A DNA stretch of 64,000 bases from Desulfatiglandales bacterium (GCA_963666345.1 OY762721.1:1792001-1856000); one strand, 5' to 3'. Shown: positions 18,551-27,634, counted from the stretch's first letter. Notes: a model not told the origin generated them from the letters alone. A program made the numbers and translations.

Positions 18551-19645
18551 ATGGACATCGTCAATTCCCCTGAGATGATTGAAAAGATCCTGTCCAGCGT
18601 AAGGAACGTCGTAATACTGACCGACCTTAAAGGAGACATCCTTTACGCCAATCCCGCCTCGGAACCCATTTTGGGTTATTTTCACGATGAACTGTTGGGA
18701 AAAGAGCTTTCCTGTATTTTTTCACCGGAAGATCTCACCTATCTATATCCTAATCTGCTTTATCTTGCACAGAGGGATGAAAGTTTTGAGGGAGAAATAA
18801 TGCTCCTTAGAAAGGACGGCGTACGTTTTTTTGCTTCCGTCCTTTTTCGAAGTGTCACCGAAAGCGGGTGCGGAAAAACCATGGGCCTCTTTTCCATACA
18901 GGATATTGACAGGGAAAAGCAGCTTGAAAGAGCGGTCAGCGGCATCCATTACGAAGACCTGATAAGGGTAGCAAGCGGGGTAGCCCACGAACTCAGAAAC
19001 CCCCTTGTCGGCATAGGCGGATTCGCGAACCGTCTTTATAAATCATGCAAGCCGGGGGACGAACATGACAGATACTATGGACACATTATAGCCAATGTCA
19101 TGAAGATCGAGGAACTGGTTAAAAAAATCGAGTTCTTCGCAAGTCTTCCCAGACCTTATTTTACCGAGGAATCTATTAGAGAGCTGATTGAAAAGGCGAT
19201 GCAGCCCTTTTTTCATGACATGCTCAAGAGGAACATAAAGCTTACCATAGACCTTGAAGAACTCGTATTATTTTTAGATCGGGATCTGATCATAAGGGTC
19301 TTTTCCATACTGACGGGGAACGCCCTGGACGCTATGGTAAAAGGGGGAAGCATAAAGATACAGAGTGAAACGCAAAACAAACAACTAAAGATATTTTACG
19401 TAGATACCGGCTCAGGGATCGCTCCTGAAAATATGGGCTATGTATTCAATCCCTTCTTCAGTACAAAGGCGGACGGAGTCGGCATAGATCTGGCCACGGC
19501 CAAACTTATTATGGATAGCCACGGAGGACATATAGGGGTATCATCCACAAAAGAAAAGGGTACGACTTTCATGCTGACATTGCCTCTTGAACGACGCCGC
19601 TCGATCCGCATGTTCAAATTTGAGGACAAAAAAGACTCAAAATAA
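18551..19645 (+). CDS. cytoplasmic PAS sensor histidine kinase
   Basis: N-terminal PAS, VAHELRNPL, DTGSGI, NPFFSTK, GVGIDL. Confidence 0.9.
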   Translation: MDIVNSPEMIEKILSSVRNVVILTDLKGDILYANPASEPILGYFHDELLGKELSCIFSPEDLTYLYPNLLYLAQRDESFEGEIMLLRKDGVRFFASVLFRSVTESGCGKTMGLFSIQDIDREKQLERAVSGIHYEDLIRVASGVAHELRNPLVGIGGFANRLYKSCKPGDEHDRYYGHIIANVMKIEELVKKIEFFASLPRPYFTEESIRELIEKAMQPFFHDMLKRNIKLTIDLEELVLFLDRDLIIRVFSILTGNALDAMVKGGSIKIQSETQNKQLKIFYVDTGSGIAPENMGYVFNPFFSTKADGVGIDLATAKLIMDSHGGHIGVSSTKEKGTTFMLTLPLERRRSIRMFKFEDKKDSK

Positions 19646-19801
19646 ATCGACCGGATGTACGGCATGGAAATATAAACCGGAAGATCCATGATAATATAAG
19701 CGATTAAATTTCATTAACATTCAACCTAATGTTTGGCGTTTCAATTCTGATAGCCATATAGATTGCCTAATCCTAATATTTTCAGGACCATATAGACCGT
19801 C

Positions 19802-20908
19802 ATGGCCAAACGATCTAAAATAAAAATTGCGATTGCCGGAGTAGGAAACTGTGCCACTTCACTTATTCAGGGCATTGATCATTACAGGGAAATGGGGCAC
19901 GACAGCGGTACCTGCGGCCTTATGAATTATGATATAGGAGGATACACACCGGGTGATATCGAAATTGTCGCGGCTTTTGACATAGACAAAAGAAAAGTCG
20001 GCAAGACTTTGGACCGGGCCATAAAGGCGCCTCCTAATTGTGCAAAACCCATAAAGAAAAAGATCTCCAGGATAGACACGATCGTCAGGATGGGTCATGT
20101 TCTGGACGGGGTCTCCGAACATATGAAAAATTACCCTCCTGATCAGACATTTCTTGTTTCGGACAAAAGGCCGGTTGATGTCGTGGAGGAACTGAAAAAA
20201 AGCGGCACTGAGATCCTGATGATATATCTGCCGGTTGGATCGGAAAATGCCGTAGAATTCTATGCGCAATGCTGCCTTTCCGCCGGGGTAAGCCTGATAA
20301 ACTGCATCCCGGTCTTCATAGTATCTTCTTCCAGGTGGGCAGGGAAGTTTGAACAAAAAGGTATCCCCTGCATAGGAGACGATGTAAAGTCCCAGATAGG
20401 AGCCACGATTATCCACCGTAACCTGGCCAGGCTCTTCAATGACCGGGGGGTAAAGCTGGACAGGACCTACCAGCTTAACACCGGTGGGAATACCGATTTT
20501 CTGAACATGCTCAACAGGCAGCGGCTGCTTTCAAAAAAGACCTCGAAGACCGAATCGGTCCAGTCGCAACTGGATGTCCCCCTTGAAGACGATAATATAC
20601 ATATAGGGCCCTCAGATTATGTCCCATGGCAGAAAGACAACAAGGTCTGCTTTCTTCGAATGGAGGGACGGGGATTCGGCGGTTTTAATCTTGATCTGGA
20701 ACTCAGGCTCTCCGTTGAAGATTCTCCCAACAGCGGAGGGGTTACCATTGATGCGATAAGATGCTGCCGCCTCGCCAGGGATCGGAACATAGGAGGCGCC
20801 TTGACCAGCATCTCCGCCTATACCATGAAACATCCCCCCAGACAATACAGAGACAGCAAGGCAAAAGAGCTCGTAAATAAATTCATAAAGGGCTCCATCA
20901 AGCGCTGA
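19802..20908 (+). CDS. ino1: myo-inositol-1(3)-phosphate synthase
   Basis: AIAGVGNCATSLIQG, YLPVGSE, GDDVKSQIGATI, YQLNTGGNTDFLNM, HIGPSDYV, EDSPNSGG. Confidence 0.96.
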   Translation: MAKRSKIKIAIAGVGNCATSLIQGIDHYREMGHDSGTCGLMNYDIGGYTPGDIEIVAAFDIDKRKVGKTLDRAIKAPPNCAKPIKKKISRIDTIVRMGHVLDGVSEHMKNYPPDQTFLVSDKRPVDVVEELKKSGTEILMIYLPVGSENAVEFYAQCCLSAGVSLINCIPVFIVSSSRWAGKFEQKGIPCIGDDVKSQIGATIIHRNLARLFNDRGVKLDRTYQLNTGGNTDFLNMLNRQRLLSKKTSKTESVQSQLDVPLEDDNIHIGPSDYVPWQKDNKVCFLRMEGRGFGGFNLDLELRLSVEDSPNSGGVTIDAIRCCRLARDRNIGGALTSISAYTMKHPPRQYRDSKAKELVNKFIKGSIKR

Positions 20909-20992
20909 GTTTTCAGGACAGGGTCATCTTCCGGGTTAGTCTTAAACAGTAGTGAACAAGGGGTTTTTTGGCTTAATAGTTGTAAAACCCAT

Positions 20993-21152
20993 AGGGTTCA
21001 AGGGTTTGTTTTCTAAAGACTTTATCAGTGTTTTTGACTATTTATTGAGCTCTGCGTACCTTATGTCATTTGAGAATTTTTCATCCATTCTATATACCTG
21101 AAAAAAGTTCGTAGAATTTCTGCAAAAGCTTTAAATTTTTGTAATGCTTTAG
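20993..21152 (-). pseudogene. internally deleted four-helix-bundle protein gene (TIGR02436/23S rRNA IVP-like)
   Basis: Minus-strand translation LKHYKNLKLLQKFYELF / frameshift / QVYRMDEKFSNDIRY...*SKTLIKSLENKPLNP resembles the family N- and C-termini with the middle missing. Confidence 0.7.
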
Positions 21153-21180
21153 GGGTTTTATCCGCCGTTTCAATGGAGCG

Positions 21181-21217
21181 CTTGAATCCTGGAATCCTCG
21201 ACCCCTTGAATCCTTGA
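21181..21217. repeat. degenerate 8-mer tandem array
   Basis: CTTGAATC CTGGAATC CTCGACCC CTTGAATC CTTGA. Confidence 0.85.
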
Positions 21218-21318
21218 GATCACTTCTACAACTAAGTTGGAAGGCAAGGTCAGGATAGATATAACTTCATAAGGCCGGCCCAAAGCGTCGGTTTATTTTT
21301 CGGTTCCTTCGGCGAAAA

Positions 21319-21909
21319 ATGCTAAGAAGACTAATAGGAAATAGGATAGAAAGGATCCTCGGCTTCCTTGGCGCCGGCCTTGATCGGAAAGGGATAACCC
21401 CCAATCAACTGACATTCAGCGGACTTGCCGTCAATCTCGCAGGGGCCTTCTTTTACTTCAGGGGGTTTATCGTATTGGGAGGTTTTATCATACTTTTCGG
21501 CGGTCTCTTTGATATGCTCGACGGAGCGGTCGCGCGATCAGCCGAAAAGGCATCAAAGACGGGGGCTTTTCTCGATTCCGTTGTGGATCGCTATTCAGAC
21601 TTCGTAATCTTCGGTGGAATTCTCCTCTTTTACGCAGCGGACGGCGACCTTAACGGCACGATAATTTCCCTTTTCATTATATCAGGTTCGTTCCTGGTAA
21701 GTTATACAAGGGCAAGGGCTGAACTTGTGATACCAAAATGCGATGTCGGACTTATGGAAAGGCCTGAAAGGATAATCCTCCTGTCGGCAGGCTCGATTCT
21801 TGGCTTCTTCTATCTTGCGCTCTGGCTTCTCGCTGTCCTGACACATCTAACTGCGATTTATCGAATCCTGCACACCCTGAGGACCATAAAAGGCTTGAAG
21901 AAAAGATAA
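21319..21909 (+). CDS. CDP-alcohol phosphatidyltransferase, phosphatidylinositol-phosphate synthase-like
   Basis: DMLDGAVAR...GAFLDSVVD signature; TPNQLT, LVSYTRARAE, GLMERPER. Confidence 0.9.
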   Translation: MLRRLIGNRIERILGFLGAGLDRKGITPNQLTFSGLAVNLAGAFFYFRGFIVLGGFIILFGGLFDMLDGAVARSAEKASKTGAFLDSVVDRYSDFVIFGGILLFYAADGDLNGTIISLFIISGSFLVSYTRARAELVIPKCDVGLMERPERIILLSAGSILGFFYLALWLLAVLTHLTAIYRILHTLRTIKGLKKR

Positions 21910-21919
21910 TACCGACCTC

Positions 21920-22936
21920 TTAAATTGGATAAGCTGTTGATTTTGAAGTCTTGGCCGGTTCGTCTGAAGGCCCGGCAGGGCCGCCTTTATCAAAAGGCCC
22001 AGTCAAACTGAAATCGGGCAGAAAATCACGGGACCTGACTTCCTCTGTTGTCTCTTTATCGGGGAACTGAACGTAAAGATTTTCAAATCCCAGCTCCATC
22101 GCGTGGTTGTAGACCTGGTAAAATTCAGAGGCATAAACGGTTCGATTAAGGTCCTTTTCTCTGTTTTTTACGACAGGGCGGTATTGAGACATAATGCTTA
22201 AAGGAAGCCCTTTTCCAAACTCCAGGAACAGGCAATTAAGGGCGTTTATCGAATTGGCTACCTTTCCCGGAAGGATGAGGTGTCTTACCAGGACACCCCT
22301 TGAGGCGGTAGATGAATCCGGCAGAACATCCATGAATCCTTTCTGATTAACCATTTCCGAGATTGCGTCAAGTGCCGTGCCCGGATAATCCCCTGCGCCT
22401 GAAAGCCTTTCAGCAAGAAGGGAATCGGAATATTTAAAATCGGGCAGATAGATATCAACATGGTCGGCGGACATCCTCAGCATTTGAGTGGATTGATAGC
22501 CCGACACATTAAATATAACGGGGATATCGGTCCGTTTCTCCTTAAAAAGGGAGATTGTCATAAATATATGAGGAAGGAAGTGATCAGGCGTGACAAAATT
22601 AATGTTGTGAACCTTTTGATCATTCACAAGCGAGTCTAATTCCAGGGCCAGTTTTTGGGCATCGGTCTTTCTTCCCAGCCCCTGCCTGGAGATCTGATGG
22701 TTCTGGCAATATGAGCACCTAAGGGAACAGCCTGATAAAAAGACCGTTCCTGATCCGTTTTCCCCTGTAAGAGGTGGTTCCTCTCCGAAGTGAGGCCCCA
22801 CGTAACCCACCCTCATCTCATCTCGCTCAACGCAGAAGCCTTTTTCACCTCTAATCCTGTTGACCCCGCACCTTCTAGGGCAGAGCCTGCACTTCTCATA
22901 TAATGATAACAGCCCTTTTTGTATCTCTGTTTCCAA
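21920..22936 (-). CDS. PflX-like radical SAM protein
   Basis: CRLCPRRCGVNR, HFGEEPPL, GCSLRCSYCQN, DIYLPDFKY, GVLVRHLILPG, MSQYRP. Confidence 0.9.
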   Translation of the reverse strand: METEIQKGLLSLYEKCRLCPRRCGVNRIRGEKGFCVERDEMRVGYVGPHFGEEPPLTGENGSGTVFLSGCSLRCSYCQNHQISRQGLGRKTDAQKLALELDSLVNDQKVHNINFVTPDHFLPHIFMTISLFKEKRTDIPVIFNVSGYQSTQMLRMSADHVDIYLPDFKYSDSLLAERLSGAGDYPGTALDAISEMVNQKGFMDVLPDSSTASRGVLVRHLILPGKVANSINALNCLFLEFGKGLPLSIMSQYRPVVKNREKDLNRTVYASEFYQVYNHAMELGFENLYVQFPDKETTEEVRSRDFLPDFSLTGPFDKGGPAGPSDEPAKTSKSTAYPI

Positions 22937-23114
22937 TACCGCTTGATAGCCTCCTTGTAATCTACTTTCAAAATAAAAGGATTGTAAAAGCAGGTCAGGT
23001 TAACCCACCTCAAGTTTGACGATATCACATAACCGGGCAACCCGCCAGTTTTTCACGGGAAGGCCCGCCTGAAACAAGACCTTGACTTGAAGGCAACGGC
23101 CTCTTTATAATTTT

Positions 23115-23205
23115 TGGATCTTTTCCCGATTAGTCGGTCAATCAGCATATCTTTATTTGCACGGTGCGGCATATCAGGATTCGAGAGGGACCAAGGGCCC
23201 GAGCG
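23115..23205 (+). repeat. second copy of the dispersed repeat at 206-287
   Basis: TGGATCTTTTCCCGATTAGTCGGTCAATCAGCATATCTTTATTTGCACGGTGCGGCATATCAGGATTCGAG. Confidence 0.85.
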
Positions 23206-23302
23206 AAAAACAAAGAAAAATTCAAGATCTGATTTTCAGACGATAAAATATGTGCACACAGGCAAAAGGAGATTCGATGTAGCAGTAATAACATATCTGC
23301 CC

Positions 23303-23327
23303 ATCCGGAAATTGCTCATTTCCGGAT
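23303..23327. repeat. ATCCGGAAAT palindromic hairpin (family also at 44046 and 57447)
   Basis: ATCCGGAAAT-TGCTC-ATTTCCGGAT perfect 10-bp stem. Confidence 0.75.
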
Positions 23328-23330
23328 ACT

Positions 23331-23416
23331 GCTTTCAGCCGTCAGTTATCAGCAAGTAGCAAATAAGTTGATACTCCGAATGATTTGCCGACAGCTGAGA
23401 GCCGATTGCTGATAGC
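23331..23416. repeat. inverted pair of 7-mer tandem arrays
   Basis: GCTTTCA GCCGTCA GTTATCA GCAAGTA ... GCCGACA GCTGAGA GCCGATT GCTGATA GC. Confidence 0.8.
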
Positions 23417-23467
23417 GCTCATCCGTGAACCTCCTTGATGAACATCGGGTATTAAAGGCCACAATCC

Positions 23468-24697
23468 ATGCCGATATTTCCACCAAACACAATGAACATT
23501 AAGCTCCCCAAAATGGTAAAGGTGCGGCAGCATTTCCGTTGCGAACAGCTTCAGGACATTGAAACGCATCTGTTTGAGGAGCTCAAAAGAGAAGAAATCA
23601 GCAAGACGGTTTTACCGGGCAGCAAAGTCGCCCTGTGCGTGGGCAGCAGAGGCATAAACAACATAGTGGAAATCACTAGATGCATTGGGGATTTTCTCAA
23701 GGAACTTGGTGCAGGGCCATTTGTCGTCCCTTCAATGGGCAGCCATGGAGGCGCCACGGCCGAAGGACAGAAGGCGGTCTTAAAGGGACTTGGGATAACC
23801 GAAGAAAGCGTAAAAATGCCTATCCATTCATCCATGGAGGTTGTTCAGATAGGAATATTTTCCGGCAGGATCCCCGTGTTCATGGACAGGATTGCATATG
23901 AGGCGGACGCCGTAATCCCGATAGCCAGGATCAAGCCTCACACAGGGTTCAGGGGGAAAGTTGAAAGCGGATTGTGCAAAATGATGGCTATCGGCCTTGG
24001 TAAACATGAAGGCAGCTCCAGACTGCATCATGAAGGGTATGAAAATTTCGCCCGGATTATCCCTGGAATCGCAAAAATCTTCATAGAAAAGGCCGACATC
24101 TCCTTCGGGGTTGCCATACTTGAAAATGCATACGACGGCACTGCATTTATAAGGGCCATACCGGCCGCGGACATAACAGAGGAAGAGCCGAAGCTTCTCG
24201 GAAAATCGATTGAAATGCTCCCGAGGATTCAGATCCCGGAAATAGACGTCCTTGTCATAGAACAAATAGGCAAGGATATCAGCGGCACCGGCATGGACCT
24301 GAATGTAATCGACAGGGCTTCGCAGGGAAGACTGCCGGGCTACAGCACCGCAAGTATAGACAAAATAGTGGTGCTGGATCTTTCCGCGGGAGCCCGGGGA
24401 AACGCATGCGGGATAGGGGTAGCCGACTTCACGACAAAAAGTGCCTTTAAAAAAATAGACCTGGAAAAGACCTATACCAACACCCTGACATCCACGAACA
24501 CCCTTGGTGGAAAGATTCCGATAATAATGGAGGATAAGCGGGAAGCGATAATTGCGGCCATAAAATGCTGTCACGGAATTGACGAAAATAACGCCAGGAT
24601 AGTAAAGATCCCGGACACCATGCATCTTGACCTGTTAGAGGCCTCTGAAAATCTGAAGGTTATTATAAGAGACACCCCGGGGATGGAAGTACTTTGA
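23468..24697 (+). CDS. LarA/DUF2088-like (lactate racemase superfamily) protein
   Basis: VALCVGSRGI, PSMGSHGGATAEGQ, RIKPHTGFRG, ESGLCKMMAIGLGKH, GKDISGTGMD. Confidence 0.82.
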   Translation: MPIFPPNTMNIKLPKMVKVRQHFRCEQLQDIETHLFEELKREEISKTVLPGSKVALCVGSRGINNIVEITRCIGDFLKELGAGPFVVPSMGSHGGATAEGQKAVLKGLGITEESVKMPIHSSMEVVQIGIFSGRIPVFMDRIAYEADAVIPIARIKPHTGFRGKVESGLCKMMAIGLGKHEGSSRLHHEGYENFARIIPGIAKIFIEKADISFGVAILENAYDGTAFIRAIPAADITEEEPKLLGKSIEMLPRIQIPEIDVLVIEQIGKDISGTGMDLNVIDRASQGRLPGYSTASIDKIVVLDLSAGARGNACGIGVADFTTKSAFKKIDLEKTYTNTLTSTNTLGGKIPIIMEDKREAIIAAIKCCHGIDENNARIVKIPDTMHLDLLEASENLKVIIRDTPGMEVL

Positions 24698-24748
24698 TGA
24701 TATCGCGGTTTCGTGTCAATACCGCCTGGAAAGATCAGCAGTCACCCC

Positions 24749-25363
24749 CTATTTGAAATTATACTCGTGCCTCCCCCCCTTTTTTATCTCCACCCTGGCC
24801 TTGAGTTTTTCATATCCCCTCGACTTGTTTTCCAGCTCCCATACACCGTTTTCAAGGCCGGACAATTCATAGTATCCGGCCTCGTCTGTCTTTGTCTTCT
24901 TCTTTCCCAGACCTTTACACCATGCCCTTACCACGGCTCCCCTTATGGGATCTCCGGAGTCGGTATCGATAACCACACCGAAGATTACGCCCCTTTCAGA
25001 CACGCCGTCCAGTTCATCCTCCACCTCTTTATCAGGATGGCGTATCTTGCAGTTGCCCTCAAATACGACCCCGTCATCTATTACCACCGAAGGAGACTGA
25101 AGATCTCCCATGACCCTCGCGGGCACGTGGATCTCTATGCGCTGGTCCGCGGTAATCTTTCCCTTTATTTCCCCGCTGATAATAACGGAGGAGGCCCTTA
25201 CATCAGACTCCAGATAGCCCGTATCACCCACTATCAATGTGCCGCTTCCGAGGATCTCACCGAAGAACTGCCCGTCGATCCTTATGGTGTCATAAAACTT
25301 CAACCTTCCCTCAAATCTGGCATCTTTACCCAGATAGGCGACGCCTTTTTCCTTCTTAGCCAT
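24749..25363 (-). CDS. bactofilin fused to a carboxypeptidase-regulatory-like (prealbumin-fold) domain
   Basis: N-terminal beta-helix pattern (FEGRLKF, IRIDGQFFGEI, VIISGEIKGKI, IDDGVVFEGNC); C-terminal IFGVVID..GDPIRGAVV..TDEAGYYELSGL..GY. Confidence 0.85.
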   Translation of the reverse strand: MAKKEKGVAYLGKDARFEGRLKFYDTIRIDGQFFGEILGSGTLIVGDTGYLESDVRASSVIISGEIKGKITADQRIEIHVPARVMGDLQSPSVVIDDGVVFEGNCKIRHPDKEVEDELDGVSERGVIFGVVIDTDSGDPIRGAVVRAWCKGLGKKKTKTDEAGYYELSGLENGVWELENKSRGYEKLKARVEIKKGGRHEYNFK

Positions 25364-25470
25364 AATCTATAACCCCTGCCTTAAAGCGGAATTAAACCTT
25401 TTGTCTGATTACCGATACACAAGAAGAGATATCTACCTCAATTTTTTTATCACTTCAACACACTTGTTAT

Positions 25471-26574
25471 CTATTTCCTTTTATTGTACTTATTTTTATA
25501 GATTTTCAGGCTGTCTCCCGGATGAATGGGGCGCCGGGGATCCAGTCGGTTCCAGAGGATAATAGCCGCCAGAGGCACATCAAAACGCTCGGCAATGGAT
25601 GTCAGGTTGTCTCCCTGCCTTACGATATATGTGTGAGACTTTTCCGAAGCGGCGTAATCGGCAAGCAGGCCTTTGAGTCTATGGGTGAATCTGTCTGAAG
25701 ACCCTTTTGGTATCATTATGTTGTGGGTCCCCTCGGCAAGGTTGTAACCCCTTATTTCAGGATTCAGATCCTTTATCACCTTGAACCTTGTCTGTGCGGC
25801 CTCAGCGATTATCCTTAACGGTGTCTCTTTGCTTATCAGCACCTGCGCCCGATCAAATTTCAAAGGGGGGTAATAATCCTTTTCGGAAAGCAAAAATCCG
25901 TATAGACGGGGATTTGAAACTATCAGCTTAACGGACAGTATCCTGAAGATATATCTCTGGGTCTCCAAAGGCAGGTAAAGCTGATAATAATCCCTGGTGC
26001 CCTGCTCCGTAACAGCCGCATTGAGTCCTCCCTCGCCCATATTATAGGCAGCGGCTGAAAGGGTCCATGAACCGAACAGTTCATGGAGGTCCTTGAAGTA
26101 TCTTACTGCAGCATCGGTCGAGGAGAAAACGTTTCGTCTCTCATCGATCCTCCTGTCTATCTTAAGGCCATATTTTCTGCCTGTGTGCTTCATGAACTGC
26201 CAGAAACCCACCGCACCCTTTTTCGAACCGGCATGAGGTCTTAAGGCACTTTCTGCTAAGGCCACATATCTCAGATCATCAGGCAGGCCGGCGTTGGCCA
26301 GCATCTTTTTGATATGAGGCATATAACGACTGCTGCGCTTGAGCCACAGTATAACCTGGGGCCTGTCCCACAAGGAAAGGAGCATCTCTTTTTCCATGCG
26401 TTCCTTGACCTCCTGCTCATCAAGAGGCACCCTTTCACCGCAAAAATCAAGAGATGCGGGGATCTCAAGACAGGAGACAAGAGAGGGAAACGAGGCCGGT
26501 TCACCGGCGCCGCAAAACCGGATGGAAAAGAAAAAGGATAGAAGGAAAAAAAGAGTAAAGGCTCTTTTCTGCAT
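25471..26574 (-). CDS. lytic transglycosylase with LysM (MltD-like)
   Basis: Signal-peptide-like N-terminus, ALAES, AVGFWQFM, AAYNMGE, LPLETQRY, LysM YIVRQGDNLTSIAERF. Confidence 0.92.
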   Translation of the reverse strand: MQKRAFTLFFLLSFFFSIRFCGAGEPASFPSLVSCLEIPASLDFCGERVPLDEQEVKERMEKEMLLSLWDRPQVILWLKRSSRYMPHIKKMLANAGLPDDLRYVALAESALRPHAGSKKGAVGFWQFMKHTGRKYGLKIDRRIDERRNVFSSTDAAVRYFKDLHELFGSWTLSAAAYNMGEGGLNAAVTEQGTRDYYQLYLPLETQRYIFRILSVKLIVSNPRLYGFLLSEKDYYPPLKFDRAQVLISKETPLRIIAEAAQTRFKVIKDLNPEIRGYNLAEGTHNIMIPKGSSDRFTHRLKGLLADYAASEKSHTYIVRQGDNLTSIAERFDVPLAAIILWNRLDPRRPIHPGDSLKIYKNKYNKRK

Positions 26575-26930
26575 CGCTCAGGTCTCCTTGAATTGTGTCT
26601 GGGGCAAGAGGCATCACAAATTAAAAGGACGCTCTTTTCTAGAAATACGACCTTTCCGGTCAAGTTGAAGTCAAATTTATACCCTCTCCATCGCTTTTGT
26701 GTCAATAAAGCCTGAACAGGTCCCCCTGCACCATCAAGGATTGACAAGGAACTTTTACCGCATATCGCACATTTATGCCCGGCATACTGCCGGTGCCAGG
26801 GGTAGACCGAAATCCTAAATTGGAGAATCATATCAAGTAGATGGCCAGTGTTAAGAATAGACGCCTATGCAGAAAAGAAATCCTTTATCGATTTGGCACG
26901 GCAGAGTAGAACCAGGATTAGACAGTCCGG

Positions 26931-27599
26931 CTACATTTTTTTCTTATTCTCCACTTTGCTCAGCCATGGACGTTTTTCCTCTCCAACGATCTTTGAGATC
27001 CTCCTGAATATCCATTCAAAGGGAAGATCGGCGGTGGGGTCGAATTTCTCAAGATATTCGATATAGGGCCTTCCTGACAAATCTCTTTCAGGAAGGACAG
27101 CATCGTTTTTGCCGTCAAACTCAACCAAAGGAAGCCCGTTTCTCCTGCAAAGTTCCCGGTCAAAGGTTGCGGCCGAACTGACCCATTTGCCATTAATAAA
27201 AAACTGGTTATATCCATGTCTGGGGAAGACGTTCGTTCCCAGTTCTCTCACCAGATGAGAGGGAACCCTGTGATTTTTTATCTTTGCAAATGCCAGACGG
27301 CTCGGTATCCCAGCGGCCCTTCCAAGCGCCGCAAGAAGCACGGCCTTTTGCACGCAGTATCCCTTTTTCCAGAAAAGCACCTGTGAAGCCCTGAAATCCT
27401 CCTCAAAAGCCGATATCATATAGACATTGTACCTGACCCTGTCCCTCACATAATAAAACAGCCTGACCGCCTTTTCCTCCATGTCAAGGCATTGACCTGT
27501 AAGCTCCTTTGCCTTTTCAGCTATTGCATCACTGTCTGAGTCGATCGTATATGTAGGCTCAAGAAACACCTTCATCAAATCCAGGACATGTTCATTCAT
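26931..27599 (-). CDS. transglutaminase-like domain protein
   Basis: GYCVQKAVLLAALGRAAGIPSRL, HGY, GKWV. Confidence 0.88.
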   Translation of the reverse strand: MNEHVLDLMKVFLEPTYTIDSDSDAIAEKAKELTGQCLDMEEKAVRLFYYVRDRVRYNVYMISAFEEDFRASQVLFWKKGYCVQKAVLLAALGRAAGIPSRLAFAKIKNHRVPSHLVRELGTNVFPRHGYNQFFINGKWVSSAATFDRELCRRNGLPLVEFDGKNDAVLPERDLSGRPYIEYLEKFDPTADLPFEWIFRRISKIVGEEKRPWLSKVENKKKM

Positions 27600-27634
27600 A
27601 CGAATCCCTCCTGAGCAATGCCTTTTTTACAAAT

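Noticed and set aside
23828..24625. 265-aa minus-strand ORF
   Set aside because: Antisense shadow of the LarA-like gene; no motifs
24713..25372. 219-aa plus-strand ORF
   Set aside because: Antisense shadow of the bactofilin fusion gene
26892..26908. sigma54 promoter (TTGGCACG)
   Set aside because: No GC at the -12 position and located at the 3' end of a gene
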